32,000 bases of DNA from NCBI RefSeq assembly GCF_000009965.1, contig NC_006624.1:780001-812000 (forward strand), read 5' to 3'. A program made the position numbers and the translations under genes. Shown here piece by piece: positions 19,611-27,480 of this stretch (position 1 is the first letter of the stretch; each line of letters begins with the position of its first letter). The notes beneath the pieces were generated by a model that was not told the origin of the DNA, made no database searches, and saw only the letters and a list, made by a program, of their open reading frames with translations. This DNA is from Thermococcus kodakarensis KOD1 (lineage in GTDB: Archaea > Methanobacteriota_B > Thermococci > Thermococcales > Thermococcaceae).

Positions 19611-19859
19611 ATGGAGATAGTAATCCCTGACGACATAATCACTGCCATGAAGCTCCCGCGTGGAGAAGTTGAGAGGGAACTGAGAGTTGACCTTGCTGTT
19701 ATTCTCTACCAAAGGGGCATTCTCCCGCTTGGAAAAGCCGCCAAGCTCGCTGGAATGACAAAGAGGGAGTTCCTTGAGGAACTGGCCAAGAGAAAGGTTC
19801 CAAGGCACTACACTGAGAAGGAGCTTGAGGAGGATCTGGCCTTTGCCCGTGGTGAGTGA
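19611..19859 (+). CDS. UPF0175-family antitoxin
   Basis: ...LAVILYQRGILPLGKAAKLAGMTKREFLEELAKRKVP is the UPF0175 signature. TATA gggtttaaatact lies about 30 nt upstream. Confidence 0.75.
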   Translation: MEIVIPDDIITAMKLPRGEVERELRVDLAVILYQRGILPLGKAAKLAGMTKREFLEELAKRKVPRHYTEKELEEDLAFARGE

Positions 19860-20328
19860 CTCAACGCCCTTAATCCACCTAGCAAAGATAGACAGGCTCG
19901 AACTTCTTCGGGAGTTCTTTGGAGAGATAATTATTCCTGAGGCCGTTTATAGAGAGTGCGTCCTTGAAGGAGGGAACTCAGAAGACGCCTTAGCTATTAA
20001 AAACGCCAAGTGGATCAAAGTCGAGAAGATATCGGACGAGAAGCTGAAGCGCGCCTTAATGCTTGAACTGGATGAGGGGGAGAGCGAGGCGATAGTTCTT
20101 GCCATCGAAAGGAACGCTGAGCTGATTCTGATCGACGACTACGATGGACGGGAAGTTGCGAGGGCCTTAGGGCTTAAGGTTGTTGGAACCATAGGTATTC
20201 TTCTCAAGGCGAAACTCCTTGGAAAGATAAAGAGCCTGAGGGAAGAACTCGAAAGGCTGAAAGCCACCGGATTCTGGTTAAGTGAGGAGTTTTATGAAAG
20301 AATTTTGAAAGAGACGGGAGAGCTTTAG
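19849..20328 (+). CDS. DUF3368-type PIN-domain toxin
   Basis: VVSDSTPLIHLAKIDRLELL...GESEAIVLAIE...LILIDDYDGREVARALGLKVVGTIGILLKAK. GTG start at 19849 or 19852 overlaps the antitoxin stop by 8-11 nt. Confidence 0.75.
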   Translation: MVSDSTPLIHLAKIDRLELLREFFGEIIIPEAVYRECVLEGGNSEDALAIKNAKWIKVEKISDEKLKRALMLELDEGESEAIVLAIERNAELILIDDYDGREVARALGLKVVGTIGILLKAKLLGKIKSLREELERLKATGFWLSEEFYERILKETGEL

Positions 20329-20519
20329 AGTTTAACGGCTATCTCGGCGTTTCCCTCCTCTGTAACTTTGAGAAGGAGAAGAGCCTTCCTCGGCTCCTTG
20401 TAGCGGCTGTGGGCGATGAATATCATTATGAAGTTGGCGAGGTTGCCGAGTCAGGCCAAGATAGTTGATATCGGTCCGATCATCCATGTAATAATGAACG
20501 CTATCCCACCAAGTATCAT
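20325..20519 (-). pseudogene. Small membrane-protein ORF interrupted by an in-frame TGA (20451-20453)
   Basis: Minus strand reads MILGGIAFIITWMIGPISTILA*LGNLANFIMIFIAHSRYKEPRKALLLLKVTEEGNAEIAVKL*. Host-like codon usage after the TGA. ATG overlaps the stop of the upstream 68-aa ORF (ATGA at 20516-20519). Confidence 0.3.
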
Positions 20520-20722
20520 GACTTTATCGAGTAATTGCGGGCGTCCTTTGCCATTTCCATTGCATTCTTGATAGCACCCTCTCCCTTGTAGTGTGTTACT
20601 AGGTATTCGGCTTCTTCTAACTCTTGATAGCTCTTTATGGCTCCCGAGATTAAAGGTCCTCCGAAAAGCAATCCGACTCCAGTGTCAGATAATATCCAGA
20701 GAAGCATAAATCCAAGTATCAA
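20516..20722 (-). CDS. Small protein with one N-terminal TM segment, unknown function
   Basis: 68-aa ORF with a TTG start (or ATG at codon 6): (M)ILGFMLLWILSDTGVGLLFGGPLISGAIKSYQELEEAEYLV... A/T-rich compared with its surroundings. Confidence 0.4.
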   Translation of the reverse strand: MILGFMLLWILSDTGVGLLFGGPLISGAIKSYQELEEAEYLVTHYKGEGAIKNAMEMAKDARNYSIKS

Positions 20723-20919
20723 CGAACATAAGGTTAGGTAATACTAAGTCTTACCATTCTGTTGAGGATAGTCATAGATACCAACGGCCATTTCCCTCAC
20801 TACCGGGGGTATAATCCTGAAGAGCAGAAGAAGAGGGACCAACTTGGCGGGTTTTCCGACACTTCTTCAACCGCAATTCTCTTAAGTTCTCCCTCTCACT
20901 CACACGGGGAGGTGGCAGT

Positions 20920-22425
20920 ATGGAGTTAAGCTACCCGGAAAAGCTCACACTCATTAAGCTCGCGGAGCTCAAGAGGGCGAAGGTTGAAGAGCTCGTTAAA
21001 GAGAGCGGTCTCGAACAGGTCGCAGTGATGCGCGCCCTTCTCGGCCTTCAGGCAAAGGGACTTGCGAAGCTCCACGAGAGGAGCGAAAGGGTTGTCAAAC
21101 TCACCGAGACCGGAATGAAGTACGCTCAAATCGGCCTTCCGGAGTGGAGGGCTTTGAAGGTTCTCCGCGAGAAGGGAAAGGCAACACTTGACGACCTCAA
21201 AGACGTTCTCAGCGAGGACGAGCTGAAGCCCATCGTTGGCCTTCTCAGGAGGGAAGGCTGGGCAAACGTGAGGAAAGAAGATGGGAAGCTAGTCCTCGAG
21301 ATAACCGAGAAGGGAAGAGAAGCTTCGGAGAGACCCATTGATAAAGCCTTAAAGCTCCTCGCCGAGAGGGGCGAAGTTCCGGTTAAGGAAATCGAAAAGC
21401 TCGTACCCGTTAACGAACTCAAGAGGAGGAAGATCGGCGAAGAAGACGTCATCACCGAGAGAGTAGCCGAGATAACCGAGAAGGGAGAGGAGCTCGTTAA
21501 GAAGGGGCTTGAGCTCAAGAAAGAGGTCTCAGTTCTCACACCTGAACTCATAAAGTCCGGCAAGTGGAGGGAAGTGGAGTTCAGGAAGTTCGACATAAAG
21601 GCTCCGGTGAGGAGAATTTACCCGGGCAAGAAGCAGCCCTACAGGGCCTTCCTCGACAAGATAAGGAGAAGGCTCATAGAGATGGGATTCATCGAGATGA
21701 CCGTTGACAGCCTCATAGAGACCCAGTTCTGGAACTTCGACGCGCTCTTCCAGCCGCAGAACCACCCGGCGAGGGAGTGGACAGACACCTACCAGCTCAA
21801 GTACCCGAAGGTCGGCTCCCTGCCGGACGAGGAGCTTGTCGCAAGGGTTAAAGCCGCTCACGAGCACGGCGGCGATACTGGCTCAAGGGGGTGGGGCTAC
21901 GTCTGGTCGCCGGAGAGGGCGATGCTCCTTATGCCTCGTGCCCATGGAACTGCACTCGACGCCAGACAGCTCGCGAAGGGCGTTGAGATACCGGGCAAGT
22001 ACTTCACAATACAGCGCGTTTTCAGACCCGATGTCCTCGACAGAACTCACCTTATCGAGTTCAACCAGATAGACGGCTTCGTAGTTGGGGAAGACCTCAA
22101 CTTCAGGCACCTGCTTGGAATACTCAAGCGCTTCGCCGTTGAAATAGCCGGGGCGAAGAAGGTCAAGTTTCTGCCGGACTATTATCCGTTCACCGAGCCG
22201 AGCGTCCAGATGAGCGCCTACCACCCTGAGCTCGGCTGGGTAGAGTTCGGAGGCGCTGGAATATTCAGGGAGGAGATGACGAAGGCCCTAGGCATAGACG
22301 TTCCAGTTATAGCATGGGGAATAGGTATCGACAGGTTAGCTATGTTCAAGCTCGGAATAGACGACATCCGTTACCTCTTCAGCTACGACCTGCGCTGGTT
22401 GAGGGAAGCGAGGCTGGTGTGGTGA
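20920..22425 (+). CDS. pheS: Phenylalanine--tRNA ligase alpha subunit
   Basis: Archaeal-type long N-terminal wHTH repeats plus class II core ([16 protein letters not shown]-like [27 protein letters not shown]). RBS ggggaggtgg. Confidence 0.92.
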   Translation: MELSYPEKLTLIKLAELKRAKVEELVKESGLEQVAVMRALLGLQAKGLAKLHERSERVVKLTETGMKYAQIGLPEWRALKVLREKGKATLDDLKDVLSEDELKPIVGLLRREGWANVRKEDGKLVLEITEKGREASERPIDKALKLLAERGEVPVKEIEKLVPVNELKRRKIGEEDVITERVAEITEKGEELVKKGLELKKEVSVLTPELIKSGKWREVEFRKFDIKAPVRRIYPGKKQPYRAFLDKIRRRLIEMGFIEMTVDSLIETQFWNFDALFQPQNHPAREWTDTYQLKYPKVGSLPDEELVARVKAAHEHGGDTGSRGWGYVWSPERAMLLMPRAHGTALDARQLAKGVEIPGKYFTIQRVFRPDVLDRTHLIEFNQIDGFVVGEDLNFRHLLGILKRFAVEIAGAKKVKFLPDYYPFTEPSVQMSAYHPELGWVEFGGAGIFREEMTKALGIDVPVIAWGIGIDRLAMFKLGIDDIRYLFSYDLRWLREARLVW

Positions 22426-22436
22426 GGGATTGAGTT

Positions 22437-22673
22437 ATGAGTGAGGAGATAATTGTGAAGTACGACCCAAACGTTGACATCCTGTACATCCAGCTCTCAC
22501 CAAAGAAGCCCGTGGACGCTGACATGAAAGGAGACGTTGTTATGGACCTCGACGAGAACGGTGAGGTCGTGGGTATAGAGATATGGCGCGCGAGAGAGCT
22601 CGTTCTCCCAGAGTTCCTCAAGTTCATTGAAAGGGTTAAAGAAGAAGGAAAGGCCGTTGAAAGCCAGGGGTGA
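22437..22673 (+). CDS. DUF2283-domain protein
   Basis: VKYDPNVDILYIQLSPKKPV...VVMDLDENGEVVGIEIWRARE is the DUF2283 signature. Starts 11 nt after the pheS stop, with the RBS ggtgaggg overlapping that stop. Confidence 0.75.
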   Translation: MSEEIIVKYDPNVDILYIQLSPKKPVDADMKGDVVMDLDENGEVVGIEIWRARELVLPEFLKFIERVKEEGKAVESQG

Positions 22674-22891
22674 TGGCCGTGCCCAAAATCGTTGTTCAGA
22701 TTCCGGAAGGTGTGAGAAAGGAATTTGTGGAGCTCCAAGTTAAGCGGGCGATTGAGGCCGAGAGGGCGAGGATAGAGTTCATCGAGGACATCGCGCGGAG
22801 GCTCGGGATAGACGAGAAGGACATTGAGGCAATAGAGAAAGCGAGGGATGAGGCTTGGCAGGAGTTCAAGAAAGAATTAGGGCTGGAGTGA
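22673..22891 (+). CDS. Small helical protein, putative antitoxin of the downstream PIN toxin
   Basis: 72-aa charged helical ORF. ATG shares one nucleotide with the DUF2283 stop (TGATG), and its stop overlaps the PIN GTG start (GTGA). Position and size fit a VapB-like antitoxin. Family not recognised. Confidence 0.5.
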   Translation: MAVPKIVVQIPEGVRKEFVELQVKRAIEAERARIEFIEDIARRLGIDEKDIEAIEKARDEAWQEFKKELGLE

Positions 22892-23298
22892 TCGTGGATA
22901 CCAACGTCATAATCTCAGCCCTCATTCCCAAAAACTCGAAGCTGAGAGAGTTCCTACTTACGACCGAAATACCACTCCACGCCCCGGATTATATGCTAAG
23001 GGAGCTTAAAAGATACTGGACCATTATTGAGGAAAAAGCCAGAAAAAGAGGAATAACTGAGCCCGAGTTAGCCCACTTCAGGGAAGAGCTCCTGGGGAGG
23101 ATTATCTCTCATCCGCTTTCCGAGTACCGCGGTTTTATAAATGAGGCCTACCGAATATGCAGGGAGTTTGACGAAAAGGATACTCCCTTCGTTGCACTCG
23201 CACTCTCGCTAAGGCTTCCGATAATAACCAACGATAAGGATTTGCTCGCCCACGCTGGCGAGTATGAGGCAATTCCCCTGAACGATGTGTTGAGGTGA
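22888..23298 (+). CDS. PIN-domain toxin (PIN_3/TIGR00305-like)
   Basis: VIVDTNVIISALI..., EKDTPFVALALSL..., PIITNDKDLL supply the conserved acidic residues. Stop lies 5 nt before pheT ATG 23304, and the pheT RBS gaggtga lies inside this ORF. Confidence 0.75.
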   Translation: MIVDTNVIISALIPKNSKLREFLLTTEIPLHAPDYMLRELKRYWTIIEEKARKRGITEPELAHFREELLGRIISHPLSEYRGFINEAYRICREFDEKDTPFVALALSLRLPIITNDKDLLAHAGEYEAIPLNDVLR

Positions 23299-23303
23299 TG
23301 CTC

Positions 23304-25028
23304 ATGCCGAAGTTCGACGTTTCAAAGCGCGACCTTGAGAGGCTCGTCGGGAAAACTTTCAGCGTCGAGGAGTGGGAAGACCTCTTCCTCTACGCCAAAT
23401 GTGAGCTGGACGACGTCTGGGAGGAGAACGGTGAAATCTACTTCAAGGCCGACTCAAAGGACACCAACAGGCCCGACCTCTGGAGTGCCGAGGGTATAGC
23501 GAGGCAGATACGATTCGCCCTTGGCTTCCAGAAGGGTTTGCCGAAGTACGAGATCGAGAAGAGTGACGTTGTAGTTTACGTGGACGAGAAGCTGAAGGAC
23601 ATCAGGCCCTACGGTGTCTATGCAATCGTTGAGGGCCTGAACATCGATGAAGAGGCCCTGAGGCAGATGATCAACCTGCAGGAGAAGGTCGCGCTCACCT
23701 TCGGAAGGAGGAGAAGGGAGGTAGCGATAGGCATCTTCGACTTCGACAAGGTCAAGCCGCCGATATACTACCGCGCCGCTGAGAAGACCGAGAAGTTCGT
23801 TCCCCTCGGCTACGACGAGGAGATGACGCTTGAGGAAATCCTTGAGAAGCACGAGAAGGGAAGGGAATACGGACACCTGATAAAGGACAAGCCCTACTAT
23901 CCTCTCCTCGTGGACAGTGAGGGCAAAGTCCTCTCGATGCCGCCGGTAATCAACTCCGAGACAACTGGAAGGGTGACAACCGAGACCAAAAACGTCTTCG
24001 TTGATATAACCGGCTGGGACTTGAATAAAGTCATGCTTGCCCTCAACGTCGTCGTCACAGCTCTCGCTGAGCGCGGCGGAAAGATAAAGAGCGTGAAAGT
24101 AGTTTATCCAGACTTCGAGATAGAGACTCCAGACCTAACGCCGAAGGAGTTCGAGGTCGAGCTCGACTACATCAGAAAATTAGCCGGCCTTGAGCTGAGC
24201 GACGGGGAAATCAAGGAGCTCCTTGAGAGAATGATGTACGAGGTCGAGCTTGAGAACAGAAGGGCAAAGCTCCGCTATCCGGCCTTCCGCGACGACATAA
24301 TGCACGCGAGGGACGTTCTTGAGGACGTGCTCATTGCCTACGGATACAACGAGATCGAACCAGAGGAGCCGAAGCTGGCAGTCCAGGGAAGGGGCGACAA
24401 GTTCATCGAGTTCGAGGACGCCGTTAGGGAGCTCATGGTCGGCTTTGGCTTACAGGAGGTCATGACGTTCAACCTGACGAACAGGGAGGCCCAGTACGAC
24501 AGGATGAATCTCCCCTGCGGGGAGCACCAGGAGGAGTGCCGGGACTACTTCAACCACCCGCCCGCTGAGCTCGTGGAAATAGAGAACCCGATAAGCCCGA
24601 AGTGGTCAGCTTTGAGGAACTGGCTCATTCCGAGTTTGCTCGACTTCCTGAGCCAGAACACCCACGAGGAGTATCCTCAAAAGTTGTTCGAGGTCGGAAA
24701 GGCTACGCTCATAGACGAGAGCAGGGAGACTAAGACGGTCAGCGAGAGCAAGCTGGCAGTGGCTTTAGCTCATCCGCGCGTGACCTTCACAGAGGCAAAA
24801 GAAATCCTCGAGGGCGTTATGCGTCACCTCGGCTTCGAGTACGAGCTTGAAGAGGCAGAACACCCGAGCTTCATTCCGGGCAGAGTTGGTAAGATCATTG
24901 TTAACGGGGAGACGATAGGAGTTATAGGGGAGATACACCCGGCCGTCTTAGAGAACTGGGGAATTGAGATGCCCGTTGCGGCCTTCGAGCTGTTCCTTGC
25001 TCCGCTCTACACGGAGCCCTATCTATGA
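23304..25028 (+). CDS. pheT: Phenylalanine--tRNA ligase beta subunit
   Basis: MPKFDVSKRDLERLVGK..., B3/4 and B5 domains, C-terminal class II-like fold. About 575 aa, typical of archaeal PheT. Confidence 0.92.
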   Translation: MPKFDVSKRDLERLVGKTFSVEEWEDLFLYAKCELDDVWEENGEIYFKADSKDTNRPDLWSAEGIARQIRFALGFQKGLPKYEIEKSDVVVYVDEKLKDIRPYGVYAIVEGLNIDEEALRQMINLQEKVALTFGRRRREVAIGIFDFDKVKPPIYYRAAEKTEKFVPLGYDEEMTLEEILEKHEKGREYGHLIKDKPYYPLLVDSEGKVLSMPPVINSETTGRVTTETKNVFVDITGWDLNKVMLALNVVVTALAERGGKIKSVKVVYPDFEIETPDLTPKEFEVELDYIRKLAGLELSDGEIKELLERMMYEVELENRRAKLRYPAFRDDIMHARDVLEDVLIAYGYNEIEPEEPKLAVQGRGDKFIEFEDAVRELMVGFGLQEVMTFNLTNREAQYDRMNLPCGEHQEECRDYFNHPPAELVEIENPISPKWSALRNWLIPSLLDFLSQNTHEEYPQKLFEVGKATLIDESRETKTVSESKLAVALAHPRVTFTEAKEILEGVMRHLGFEYELEEAEHPSFIPGRVGKIIVNGETIGVIGEIHPAVLENWGIEMPVAAFELFLAPLYTEPYL

Positions 25029-25181
25029 TTTCTCCCTTTCCAAACTTTTCTCGAAGATGGCCTTCATTATCTCAAAGTTCTCAAGGTTTGTAATTATCTC
25101 GATATCCCTCACCATTTTCATCGCCGGTTCTACCTGTATGGCAGTATTTATCAACTTTTTCCAGATGTTTCTGTCATTCAT
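25023..25181 (-). CDS. Unannotated 52-aa ORF, hypothetical small protein
   Basis: Hand translation of the minus strand: MNDRNIWKKLINTAIQVEPAMKMVRDIEIITNLENFEIMKAIFEKSLEREKS*. Fills an otherwise empty, A/T-rich 230-bp gap. Below the 60-aa track cutoff. Its stop overlaps the pheT stop by 6 nt. Confidence 0.35.
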   Translation of the reverse strand: MNDRNIWKKLINTAIQVEPAMKMVRDIEIITNLENFEIMKAIFEKSLEREKS

Positions 25182-25236
25182 TCCAGATTGAAGTTTACAA
25201 ATATCAAGTTCTCTGCCAGGGTGTCAAGGAAAACCA

Positions 25237-25243
25237 TTTTATA
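25237..25243 (+). promoter_or_regulatory. TATA box for leaderless truA
   Basis: ggaaaac-c-attttata is centred about 26 nt upstream of ATG 25266. Confidence 0.5.
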
Positions 25244-25265
25244 CCGTTCCCGAAAAGTGGATGCC

Positions 25266-26069
25266 ATGAAGCTCGCACTGAGAGTTGCCTACGACGGGAG
25301 CGCCTTCTACGGCTTCCAGCGCCAGCCAGGCGTAAGAACCGTTGAGGGAGAGATAATAAAAGTCCTTCAGAAGCTTGGGATAATTGAGAGTCCTGAAAAA
25401 AACGACTTCAAGGGGGCTTCGAGAACCGACAGAGGGGTATCCGCGTTCTTCAATGTGGTCTCCTTCGTTCCATCGGAGAGGCCAGACCTCGCCCGCCCGG
25501 AAGTCCTCAACCACCATTTAAGCGACGTCTGGGTTCTCGGGATTGCCGAGGTTCCCGACGATTTTCACCCGCGCTTCTGGGCAAAGTTCAAGACATATCG
25601 CTACTACCTAGTGAACGAGGGCTTCGACCTCAGTGCCATGAGAGAGTGTGCGAGCCTTTTCGTTGGGAGGCACGACTTTTCGGCCTTTGCAAAGCTCGAA
25701 CCAGGCAGAGACCCAATAAGAGAAGTCGAGAGAGTTGAGGTCATCGAGAGGCAGGGCTACCTTGTGATTGAAGTCCAGGGAAAAAGCTTCCTGTGGGAGA
25801 TGGTGCGGAGAATTGTAAATGCCCTCCGCTTCTGCGGGCTAGGCCTTCTCGAAGCTGAGGAAGTTGAAAGGATGCTTTCCGGGGAGTACGGGAAGAAAAT
25901 ACCGCCGGCGCCGCCTGAGGGGCTGGTACTGTGGCACATAGAGTACCCGGGGATCGGGTTCGAAGGTGATGAAAAGGGCATCAAAAAGGCCAGGAGAGAC
26001 ATTTTTGAGCGCTATTCAAGAGCCTTAACTAGAGCGGCGCTTTTTGGGGACTTTCTCCTCGAATATTGA
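25266..26069 (+). CDS. truA: tRNA pseudouridine(38-40) synthase TruA
   Basis: MKLALRVAYDGSAFYGFQRQPG...ASRTDRGVSA (catalytic Asp)...GRHDFSAF...SFLWEMVRRIV. Start moved from 25188 to 25266, since the extension crosses the TATA box and is not conserved-looking. Confidence 0.88.
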   Translation: MKLALRVAYDGSAFYGFQRQPGVRTVEGEIIKVLQKLGIIESPEKNDFKGASRTDRGVSAFFNVVSFVPSERPDLARPEVLNHHLSDVWVLGIAEVPDDFHPRFWAKFKTYRYYLVNEGFDLSAMRECASLFVGRHDFSAFAKLEPGRDPIREVERVEVIERQGYLVIEVQGKSFLWEMVRRIVNALRFCGLGLLEAEEVERMLSGEYGKKIPPAPPEGLVLWHIEYPGIGFEGDEKGIKKARRDIFERYSRALTRAALFGDFLLEY

Positions 26070-27422
26070 CTCCATTCCCTTGTCGTAGTACTTCCCATAG
26101 TACTGCTTGAGGGCCTTTTGGCGCTCTATGAAGTGCGTGTAGAGGAGTGGGTCGTCGTCCTCGATGTCAACTATAAGGGCTTTCATTCCCTTCTTCGGCC
26201 TCAGTGCACGCCCTATCGTCTGAATCGTCATTATGTCGCTCTTTCCGCCGCCGGCGAGTATTATGGCAGAGATCTCCGGTATGTCAACGCCTTCCTTTAG
26301 GAGGGTCGAGATTAATACTGGAATTTCGCCGCTCTTGAACGCTTCCAGTATCTCCCAGCGGTTCGGGCTTTGCGAGCTGAGGAATTCGGCTTTAATACCT
26401 TCTTTCTCCAGCATCTCCTTCAGAATCTTTCCGTGCTCAATTCTCCTGACGTCTATGAGAACTCTGTGCCCCTTCCTGGCAAGCTCGATGGCCTTCTTCA
26501 CTATCGCCCTGTTCCTCTCGTCGTTGTTCATTATCATGTCCTCGTAAAGCTCCTTGTAGCGTTCGCTGAAGGAGGGCATCTTTGATTCGTAGGTTATTAT
26601 CTCGAACTTCGGCTTTGCCAAAAAGCCCTCCCTTATGAGGTCTTCAGCCCTGACCTCGTAGATTATCGGCCCAACTACCGCCTCAATCTTGATCTCCTCC
26701 CCCCTAACGCGCCTCCATGGAGTTGCCGAGAGACCGAAGCGGTAGACCTGGGGAAGGCTTATGCCGAGCTGGTAGAACTTTTCAGCTGCTGAAGTCCTGT
26801 GGCATTCATCGAAGAGGACTATCGCATAGTCTCTCTGGAGTTTATCAACTCCCCTCGAAAGGAGGGTCTGTATCATGGCAACTGTCACAGGCCCCTCTTC
26901 CCACTTGTTGTCCCCCACGATGCCAGCCTTTATTCCGAGGACTTCCTCAATCCTCTCAGCCCACTGGTAGAGGAGCTCCTTGGTGTGGACGACTATAAGA
27001 GCGGAGAGGTCAAGCTCATGGATTATCCTGAGGCCGACTATCGTCTTTCCACTCCCAACCGGGAGGGCGAGAACGCCCATTTTCTCCTTTAGTGCCTTCT
27101 TGACTGCCCTCCCCTGGTAGCGCCTCATCTGGAACTTCTCGTTCCAGGTGGAGTTGAGCTTTTCTCCGCGTATCTGCCTCTCGTCCTTTACCCTAACGCG
27201 GTAGCCCTTGCTGTTGAGGAATTTCTTCACCCGGGGCAGAAGCCCGACGGGAAACGTCTTCTCGTAGGGGTCGTAGAGGCTCTCGGGCTTCTCCCACTTC
27301 CCGTAGTCCTTCTTGTAGGTGAGCAGGTCGTAGATTTTGAAGTAGACGCTCGGGTCGGCTTTCTCTATGTACACCAGTGCTGAGCCATCTGGGATTCTCA
27401 GGACAACCATGGGCATGGCCAA
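26025..27422 (-). CDS. SF2 DNA helicase, XPB/Rad25-like
   Basis: RRYQ(Q-like), LPVGSGKT (I), VLFDECHR (II), [14 protein letters not shown] (III plus degenerate RED-like), QTIGRALR (VI). Has an N-terminal domain of about 100 aa, like the XPB damage-recognition domain. 465 aa. Confidence 0.6.
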   Translation of the reverse strand: MAMPMVVLRIPDGSALVYIEKADPSVYFKIYDLLTYKKDYGKWEKPESLYDPYEKTFPVGLLPRVKKFLNSKGYRVRVKDERQIRGEKLNSTWNEKFQMRRYQGRAVKKALKEKMGVLALPVGSGKTIVGLRIIHELDLSALIVVHTKELLYQWAERIEEVLGIKAGIVGDNKWEEGPVTVAMIQTLLSRGVDKLQRDYAIVLFDECHRTSAAEKFYQLGISLPQVYRFGLSATPWRRVRGEEIKIEAVVGPIIYEVRAEDLIREGFLAKPKFEIITYESKMPSFSERYKELYEDMIMNNDERNRAIVKKAIELARKGHRVLIDVRRIEHGKILKEMLEKEGIKAEFLSSQSPNRWEILEAFKSGEIPVLISTLLKEGVDIPEISAIILAGGGKSDIMTIQTIGRALRPKKGMKALIVDIEDDDPLLYTHFIERQKALKQYYGKYYDKGMESIFEEKVPKKRRSS

Positions 27423-27444
27423 TCGCCGAAAGTTTAGAAAAAGG

Positions 27445-27452
27445 ATTTATAG
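27445..27452. promoter_or_regulatory. Single shared TATA box (ATTTATAG/CTATAAAT) for the divergent helicase and UbiD genes
   Basis: Centre at about 27449 lies 27 nt from ATG 27422 (minus gene) and 32 nt from ATG 27481 (plus gene). The intergenic region is only 58 bp. Confidence 0.5.
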
Positions 27453-27480
27453 ACCTTTTGGAAGTTGGTATGGTGATAGC

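Noticed and set aside
20451-20453. In-frame TGA read as selenocysteine or programmed readthrough
   Set aside because: Among archaea, Sec machinery is known only in Methanococcales and Methanopyrus to my knowledge. No SECIS-like structure is evident downstream. A nonsense mutation (pseudogene) or two separate peptides is more parsimonious. It is kept only as a low-confidence pseudogene call.
24964-25191. 75-aa plus-strand ORF spanning the pheT stop and the downstream gap
   Set aside because: It overlaps the pheT 3' end out of frame. Its Phe/Ser/Ile-rich low-complexity translation reflects the A/T-rich spacer. The minus-strand 52-aa ORF is the more protein-like reading.
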